This document shows, piece after piece, positions 58,144-64,000 of a stretch of DNA of 64,000 nt. The number at the start of each line of letters is the position of its first letter. The stretch's first letter is position 1. Origin of the DNA: Longimicrobiales bacterium (lineage in GTDB: Bacteria > Gemmatimonadota > Gemmatimonadetes > Longimicrobiales > Gaopeijiaceae); contig OZ241892.1 in NCBI GenBank assembly GCA_965203485.1, positions 2,016,001-2,080,000 of the forward strand, in the 5' to 3' direction. A model generated the notes under the pieces. That model was not told where the DNA came from. It did no database searches and worked only from the letters and a program-made list of their open reading frames with translations. The position numbers and the translations under genes were made by a program.

Positions 58144-59541
58144 ATGAACGGCCTCCTGCCGACCCTGCACCGCGCGCTCAACATGCGGCCGGGCGAGCTG
58201 CGGCTCGCGTCGGCTTCGGCCCTGTTCTTCTTCCTTGTGCTCTGCGGGTACTTCCTAATACGCCCGGTGCGGGAGGCGTTCGGCGTGTCCGGCGGAATGG
58301 ACCAGCTGCTGTGGCTGTTCGGCTGCACGTCGGTTGCGTCGCTCGTCGTGGTCCTGGTCTTTGGCCGGGCGGTGGCGCGCATGAACCGCCGACGCTTCAT
58401 TCCGGCCGCCTACTTGTTCGTGATCGCGTGCCTGCTGGCCTTTGCGGCCCTGCTTTACTGGGACTCCGCCGCTGGAGGCGGGATCGTCGGCTCCGGCGCC
58501 GAGACGGCTCGAGCGCGCTGGATCGCATACACGTTCTACGTCTGGCTGAGCGTGGTGAATCTCTTCATGACGAGCGTGTTCTGGGCGTTCATGGTGGACA
58601 CGTTCGACGCGGACCAAGGCAAGCGGCTGTTCGCCTTCATCGGCGTCGGGGGCACGCTGGGCGCGTTCGTCGGCGGGCTCGCCGCGGGCTGGGCCAGCGC
58701 CTCAGTGAACTCTCCGCACCTGCCGGCCGGATTCATGCTCGCGGCGGCCGCGCTCTTCGGCGCGGCGATCGCTGCGATGCGGACGGTCGACAGGATGGCG
58801 AGGCGCTGCAACCGCAAACCAGGGGGCTCGCCCGGCGCGGACGAACCGGCGACGGCTGCGAGTCCGGCGGCGGTCGGCGGCTCGTTCTGGGAAGGGATCG
58901 GCCAAGTGGTCCGCTCGCCGTACATGCTGGGAATCGGCGCGTGGATCACGCTCATGGCCGTGTCGAACACCCTGCTCTACTTCACTCAAGCCAACATCGT
59001 ACTGGAGAACACCGACGAGCTGAGCCAGCGCATCGCCAGCTTCGCGCAGTTGGACTACGTGAGCCAGCTCGCGGTCCTGCTTTCCCAGCTCTTCGTCACC
59101 ACGCACCTGATACGAAAGCTCGGAATCGGCTGGACGCTCGCGATCCTGCCGGTGCTGACGCTTGGCGGATTCGCGGTGCTGGCGGCGTGGCCCGTGTACG
59201 GCGTCCTGGTCGTCTTCTCGGCGGCCCACCGCGCGGGCCGCCACGCGGTTGCCCGGCCGTCGCGCGAAGCGCTGTTCAGCGTCGTGGCCCCGGACGAGAA
59301 GTACAAGGCGAAGTCCGTTGTGGACGTGTTCCTCTACCGCGCCGGCGACTTGTCGGGCATGGGGCTGACCAAGTTGCTGGCCCTCGCCGGACTGGGCGTC
59401 GCCGGCATGGCCTTCGCCGCGGCCCCCCTGGCCGCGGTGTGGATCATGCTGTCGCTCTCGCTGGGCGCCGCCCGCGCCCGCAAGGCGGCCGCTCCAGCGT
59501 CGGCCGGCCATTCCAACCTCCAGCCCCGAGACGCGCCATGA
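58144..59541 (+). CDS. Second NTT-like MFS transporter
   Basis: YFLIRPVREAFG, NLFMTSVFWAFMVD.F, KRLFAFIGVGGTLG, RPSREALFS, YKAKS..D..LYRAGD. Confidence 0.85.
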   Translation: MNGLLPTLHRALNMRPGELRLASASALFFFLVLCGYFLIRPVREAFGVSGGMDQLLWLFGCTSVASLVVVLVFGRAVARMNRRRFIPAAYLFVIACLLAFAALLYWDSAAGGGIVGSGAETARARWIAYTFYVWLSVVNLFMTSVFWAFMVDTFDADQGKRLFAFIGVGGTLGAFVGGLAAGWASASVNSPHLPAGFMLAAAALFGAAIAAMRTVDRMARRCNRKPGGSPGADEPATAASPAAVGGSFWEGIGQVVRSPYMLGIGAWITLMAVSNTLLYFTQANIVLENTDELSQRIASFAQLDYVSQLAVLLSQLFVTTHLIRKLGIGWTLAILPVLTLGGFAVLAAWPVYGVLVVFSAAHRAGRHAVARPSREALFSVVAPDEKYKAKSVVDVFLYRAGDLSGMGLTKLLALAGLGVAGMAFAAAPLAAVWIMLSLSLGAARARKAAAPASAGHSNLQPRDAP

Positions 59542-60941
59542 ATACCCAAGCTCGCTCCCCGGCGCACCCCGCCGCGCCATCCTCTTCCACGCCCCTTCTG
59601 CGCCACGCAGTCCTGGCTGGGCTCGCCTTGGCCGGCGCGGCGGCGCCCGTCTCGCCCGTCTCCGCGCGGGAAGCCGCCCAGCACGTGCACGGCGACGGTC
59701 CCGTGGTGCTGCGCGCAGCGAGGATGCTCGACGTGGACGCCGGCGAAGTCCGCGAGGACGCCGTGCTGGTCGTGGAGGGCGGCCTCGTCGCCGCCGTCAA
59801 TCCGGCCCGGACGCCCGCCGGAGCCCACGAAATGGACTTGGGCGACGTCACGCTCCTGCCCGGACTCATCGACGCCCACACGCACTTGGCCGGACAACTC
59901 GGCGAACACAGCTTCACCGACGCCGTGAGGCGCACCGAGTTCGCCGGAGCGTTCAGCGCGGTCAAGTACGGAGGCGTCACGATCCGCGCCGGGTTCACGA
60001 CCGTGCGCGACTTCGGCGGCGACGTCACGGTGGAACTCGCCGAAGCCGTGGAACGAGGCGACGTCGTGGCGCCGCGCATCGTCCCGTCGCGCCACCCGCT
60101 GGGCATCACCGGCGGCCACTGCGACCGGACGGGCTTCGCGCCGGGCATCCTGGAGAGCGGAACCGAGCGCGGCGTCGCCGACGGGCCGTGGGAGGTCGTG
60201 CAGGCCGTCCGCTATCAGATCAAGCACGGCGCTCGGGTGATCAAGACGTGCGCCACCGCGGGCGTGCTTTCGATGGAGGGGCCGGTCGGCGCCCAGCAGT
60301 ACTCGTACGAGGAGCTTGCGGCGATGGTGGACGAGGCGGCCCGCCACGGCGTCAAGGTCGCTGCGCACGCCCACGGCTCGGAGGGCATCTTGGCCGCGGT
60401 CCGGGCGGGCGTTGCCTCGATCGAGCACGGGTCGATGCTCACGGACGAGATCATGGACCTGATGATCGAGAAGGGCACGTACTTGGTGCCGACCACGTAC
60501 TTGGCGGACCGCATCGATCTGGACGTGCTGCCCGCGCTCGTTCGGCGCAAGGCCGAGGAAGTCCTTCCGGCGGCGAGAGAGAGCGTGCGGCGGGCCATCG
60601 CTCGGGGCGTCCCCATCGCGTTCGGCACCGACGCCGGAGTGTTCCCGCACGGCGAGAACGCAGGCGAGCTGGAGGCGTACGTCCGGATGGGCATGAGCGA
60701 GGCCGAGGCGTTGCGCACGGCGACCGTCAACGCGGCGGACCTGCTGGGCACGCCCGACCGCGGCCGCTTGGCCGAAGGAATGCTGGCCGACGTGATCGCC
60801 GTGCCCGGCAACCCGCTCGACGACATCTCCGTGACCCGAGACGCCCGGTTCGTGATGCTCGGCGGCCGAGTGATCAAGCACGTCGTCGGCGGGCGCGACA
60901 TGCACTCGCAGCACCACCCGGAACCGGTCCGGCCGGACTGA
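59538..60941 (+). CDS. Metal-dependent amidohydrolase (Xaa-Pro dipeptidase-like), exported
   Basis: PGLIDAHTHL, GFTTVRD, GGHCD, AAHAHG, SIEHG, FGTDAG. Confidence 0.9.
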   Translation: MNTQARSPAHPAAPSSSTPLLRHAVLAGLALAGAAAPVSPVSAREAAQHVHGDGPVVLRAARMLDVDAGEVREDAVLVVEGGLVAAVNPARTPAGAHEMDLGDVTLLPGLIDAHTHLAGQLGEHSFTDAVRRTEFAGAFSAVKYGGVTIRAGFTTVRDFGGDVTVELAEAVERGDVVAPRIVPSRHPLGITGGHCDRTGFAPGILESGTERGVADGPWEVVQAVRYQIKHGARVIKTCATAGVLSMEGPVGAQQYSYEELAAMVDEAARHGVKVAAHAHGSEGILAAVRAGVASIEHGSMLTDEIMDLMIEKGTYLVPTTYLADRIDLDVLPALVRRKAEEVLPAARESVRRAIARGVPIAFGTDAGVFPHGENAGELEAYVRMGMSEAEALRTATVNAADLLGTPDRGRLAEGMLADVIAVPGNPLDDISVTRDARFVMLGGRVIKHVVGGRDMHSQHHPEPVRPD

Positions 60942-61167
60942 ACCCGGGCGGCCGACGCCGCGCGGCGCCTTCTCCGCACCGGCGGCGGCGGACCCGCCGC
61001 TTCGCCCGCCGGACTGGGGCGGGCCCCCGATGCCGCAACGTCTCCGCCCAACTCGCGTGCTGTGGCCCGACGGCCGCATGCCGGATTGGTCGCGCCACCC
61101 GGAACGCCTTCCCGCTCGGCGCTCGTCCGCCTCCGCGTTGCCGCTGCCGGCGCACAACCTTCCAGAG

Positions 61168-61240
61168 AGCTGGCGCGGGGACTCGAACCCCGGACCTGCT
61201 GATTACAAATCAGCTGCTCTGCCAACTGAGCTACGCCAGC
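61168..61240 (-). tRNA. tRNA-Thr(TGT); CCA not encoded
   Basis: GCTGGCGTAGCTCAGTTGGCAGAGCAGCTGATTTGTAATCAGCAGGTCCGGGGTTCGAGTCCCCGCGCCAGCT. Confidence 0.93.
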
Positions 61241-61342
61241 GCCGCAACAAGCAAATCTGTCGCCCTCCGCACTCTCTCGGTAGTGCCGCAGACGGCCGAC
61301 GCGCGAGCACGCGGGACGGCGGGGGCGTGGAGCGTGGCCCCC

Positions 61343-62800
61343 TCAAGCGCTCCGGGGCGGCGCTCCGCCTGGACGCACCCTCGTCCAGCGGGTGCCGCTT
61401 GGAGCGTCCTCCATGCGGACGCCCCGCGCGGCAAGCTCGTCGCGAATCCGGTCGGCCGTGGCGTAGTCGCGGCGGGCGCGGGCCTCGTTGCGAGCATCCA
61501 CGAGCTGGTCGACCTCGGCATCGGCGTCTGCGCCGACCCGGCGCGCTCGGTCGGCCAAGTCCATGACGCCGAGCGCCTCGTCCATGCCCGCCAGGGCTTC
61601 GAGCAGGGCGGTCCGGCTCTCGGGGGCGACGGCGTCCGAGGCCGCGTCCATCGCCGCGTTGGCGTCGCGCACCAGCGTCCACAGCTCGGCCAGAGCCCGC
61701 GAGACGTTGAGGTCGTCGGCCAGCGCGTCCAGGAAGGCCGCCGAGGCCGTCCTGGCTTGTTCCGCGAGACGTGGGGCGGACCCAGGCGCCGTCGCGGCGG
61801 CGCGCACCCGGCGGCGGAAGTCGAGCAGGCGCTGCACCGACGCGGCGGCGCTCTCCAAGCCCGCGCGCGTGAAGTCAAGCTCGCTCCGGTAGTGGGCCGA
61901 GAGCAGCGCCCAGCGAATCGAAGCCGGATCGCGGCCTTCGTCGAGCAACCCGCGCACCGTGTGGAAATTGCCGGCCGACTTCGACATCTTGCGGCCCTCG
62001 ACCTTCAGGTGCTTGACGTGCAGCCAGTGACGGGCGAAAGGCCGTCCCGTGGCGGCTTCGGACTGGGCGATTTCGTTCTCGTGGTGAGGGAAGAGCAGGT
62101 CTTCGCCGCCCAGATGGATGTCGATCGTGTCGCCGAGCATGTCCGTGCTCATGGCCGAGCACTCCAGGTGCCAGCCGGGACGCCCCGGGCCCCAGGGCGA
62201 GTCCCAGACGGCTCCCGCCGCGCGGTCGGCCGCCCGGGCCGCCTTCCAGAGCGCGAAGTCGCGCGCGTCGCCCTTCTCGTAGTCGTCCGCGTCGACCCTG
62301 GAGCGGCTCGCGCCGGCTTCGTCGGGCCGGGAGCCGGACAGCCGCCCGTAGTCCTCGAACGAGGAGACCGAGTAGTAGACGGAGCCGTCGGGCGCCGCGT
62401 AGGCGTGGCCGCGCTCCACCAGCCGCTCGACGAAGCGGATCATGACCGGCACGAAATCGGTGGCCCTCGGCAGGCGGGAGAACGGCAACATGCCCAGGGT
62501 CTCGGCGTCTTCCTGGAAGGCGCGCGCGAACGGCTCGGTGTGCTCGGCCAGCGCGACGCCCGCCGCGACTGCGCCGTCGATGGTCTTGTCGTCCACGTCC
62601 GTCAGGTTGACGACGAACTCGACTTCGCGTCCGTGCGCGCGCAGGCAACGGTGGAGGAGGTCGTAGACGAGAAACGCGCGGAAGTTGCCGACGTGGGCGA
62701 AGTCGTAGACGGTGGGACCGCAACCGTAGACCGTGACGCGCTCGGAATCGAGCGGCTCGAAGTCGACGAGCGCGCGCCGCAGCGAATCGTAGAGCCTCAC
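61343..62800 (-). CDS. cysS: Cysteine--tRNA ligase
   Basis: CGPTVY..AHVGN, NLTDVDDK, DFALWK, GRPGWHLECS, FPHHENE, KMSKS. Confidence 0.96.
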   Translation of the reverse strand: MRLYDSLRRALVDFEPLDSERVTVYGCGPTVYDFAHVGNFRAFLVYDLLHRCLRAHGREVEFVVNLTDVDDKTIDGAVAAGVALAEHTEPFARAFQEDAETLGMLPFSRLPRATDFVPVMIRFVERLVERGHAYAAPDGSVYYSVSSFEDYGRLSGSRPDEAGASRSRVDADDYEKGDARDFALWKAARAADRAAGAVWDSPWGPGRPGWHLECSAMSTDMLGDTIDIHLGGEDLLFPHHENEIAQSEAATGRPFARHWLHVKHLKVEGRKMSKSAGNFHTVRGLLDEGRDPASIRWALLSAHYRSELDFTRAGLESAAASVQRLLDFRRRVRAAATAPGSAPRLAEQARTASAAFLDALADDLNVSRALAELWTLVRDANAAMDAASDAVAPESRTALLEALAGMDEALGVMDLADRARRVGADADAEVDQLVDARNEARARRDYATADRIRDELAARGVRMEDAPSGTRWTRVRPGGAPPRSA

Positions 62801-63543
62801 GGCGCGGCGTTCCCGGCGCTCGCCGGGCGGCCGTCCCGTCCGCTCGCGGGCCCCGCCCCCGCAACGCTCGCGGCCATGGCGGCGAACGCTTCGGCGGGGT
62901 CGTCCGCCCGGGTGACTGGACGGCCCACCACGACGTGGCTCGCCCCGGCGGCGAACGCTTCGGCGGCCGTGCGCACGCGCCTCTGGTCGCCCGCATCCGC
63001 GCCCGGCGGCCGAATTCCGGGCGTAACCACCGCCGCGCCCGGTCCCAGCCGGGCCCGCAGGACCGCGGCTTCGGCGGCCGAACAGACCACGCCGCCCAAG
63101 CCCGCGGCCCGAACCATGGCGGCGAGTCGGCTGGCCTCGGCCCCCACATCGTGCACCGCGCGTCCCAGGATGCTCCCCAACGATGCCGCGTCGTGCGACG
63201 TCAGCACCGTGACGCCCAGCGCCGTCGTCTCGGCGGGGGCCGCCTCCGCGGCTGCCCGCAGCATCGCCGGCCCGCCCAACGCGTGCACCGTGAGCAAGCT
63301 CGCGCCACGCGCGGCCGCGCGGGCCACGGCGCGCCCCACCGTGTTCGGGATGTCGTGGAACTTCAAGTCCAGAAACACTTCCTTGCCCTTCTCTCGCAGC
63401 GCGGACACCACGCGCGGCCCACCCGCCGCGTAGAGTTCCAAGCCCACCTTGTAGAAGACGCATTCGGCGCCGATGCGGTCCACCAGCGAGAAAGCGCGAG
63501 ACGCACTCGGCACGTCGAGCGCCACGATGATGCGTTCCGTCAC
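62797..63543 (-). CDS. pyrF: Orotidine-5'-phosphate decarboxylase
   Basis: IIVALD, YKVGLEL, FLDLKFHDIPNTV, VTVLTS, VTPGIR, DQRR, VVGRP. Confidence 0.95.
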   Translation of the reverse strand: MTERIIVALDVPSASRAFSLVDRIGAECVFYKVGLELYAAGGPRVVSALREKGKEVFLDLKFHDIPNTVGRAVARAAARGASLLTVHALGGPAMLRAAAEAAPAETTALGVTVLTSHDAASLGSILGRAVHDVGAEASRLAAMVRAAGLGGVVCSAAEAAVLRARLGPGAAVVTPGIRPPGADAGDQRRVRTAAEAFAAGASHVVVGRPVTRADDPAEAFAAMAASVAGAGPASGRDGRPASAGNAAP

Positions 63544-63550
63544 GAGAACG

Positions 63551-64000
63551 TCATCCCCGCAACCGCGTCTTGGGCGCGCCGGCAGCCGCGTTCCCGCCGC
63601 GGGAGACATGGGCGGCGCGCGCCGACGACCGTCGGCCGGACCGCGGCGCGGGTCGGGCCGGGCGCGTCCGCTCCGCAAGCACGTCGTAGGCAAGCGCGCG
63701 GGCGATGCGGGCGGCGCAACGCGGATCGGCGAACGAGCCCGTCCCGACCTGCACGAACGTCGCACCCGCCGCCAAGTACGCCCGCGCGTCCGTCGGCGAC
63801 AGCACGCCGCCCGCACCCGCCACCGGGACGTCGACCGTCTTCGAGACCGCGCGGACCGCCGCCAGTCCCACGGGCAGCAAGGCCGGCCCGCTGGTCCCCC
63901 CGGGCCCGGCCCCCAGCCGTGGCCTGCCTTCCCCGTCGAGAAGCAGTCCCGGCATCGTGTTTACCGCCGTGACGCCGTCCGCGCCCTCGGAGACGGCCTG
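63551..64000 (-). CDS. pyrD: Dihydroorotate dehydrogenase, 3' part (gene begins beyond the window edge)
   Basis: AVNTMPG, GGTSGPAL.P, GAGGV, AGATFVQVGT; upstream of pyrF. Confidence 0.88.
   Translation of the reverse strand, partial: QAVSEGADGVTAVNTMPGLLLDGEGRPRLGAGPGGTSGPALLPVGLAAVRAVSKTVDVPVAGAGGVLSPTDARAYLAAGATFVQVGTGSFADPRCAARIARALAYDVLAERTRPARPAPRSGRRSSARAAHVSRGGNAAAGAPKTRLRG

Noticed and set aside
61168..61240. tRNA-Thr as an island attachment site
   Set aside because: No integrase or duplicated 3' end; flanks are housekeeping genes

Overview
High-GC bacterial window; gene content is reminiscent of Gemmatimonadota, which is an unverified inference. It has two parts. (1) About 1-27 kb is an accessory defence island. 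It holds a TcmP/DUF5131 pair, two AlbA_2(Schlafen-like)/HATPase proteins, an HNH REase plus Dam-type MTase, a large gamma-class N6-MTase carrying a G20 tract, DUF262, a PLD-SNF2 helicase, an RNA ligase, a PaeR7I-like REase plus MTase and an AAA/DUF4143 ATPase. These are interleaved with internally deleted remnants (IS3, IS1380, TrlF-like ATPase, DUF3696-like ATPase, HicAB). (2) About 27-64 kb is mostly housekeeping: thyX, SSADH, fadD-like, cutA, leuA-like, phoBR-pstSCAB-phoU, tRNA-Ile2, upp, msrB, IDH/IPMDH, acyl-CoA dehydrogenase, two NTT-like MFS transporters, tRNA-Thr, cysS, pyrF, pyrD. The most striking unexplained structure lies at 8.7-18.5 kb. It is a recurring unit of toxin-antitoxin pair -> secreted Cys-rich (knottin-like) mini-protein -> beta-propeller lipoprotein, attached to a duplicated, allele-divergent 3' end of a possibly phase-variable MTase. 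All family assignments are from motif recognition by eye; no searches were run.
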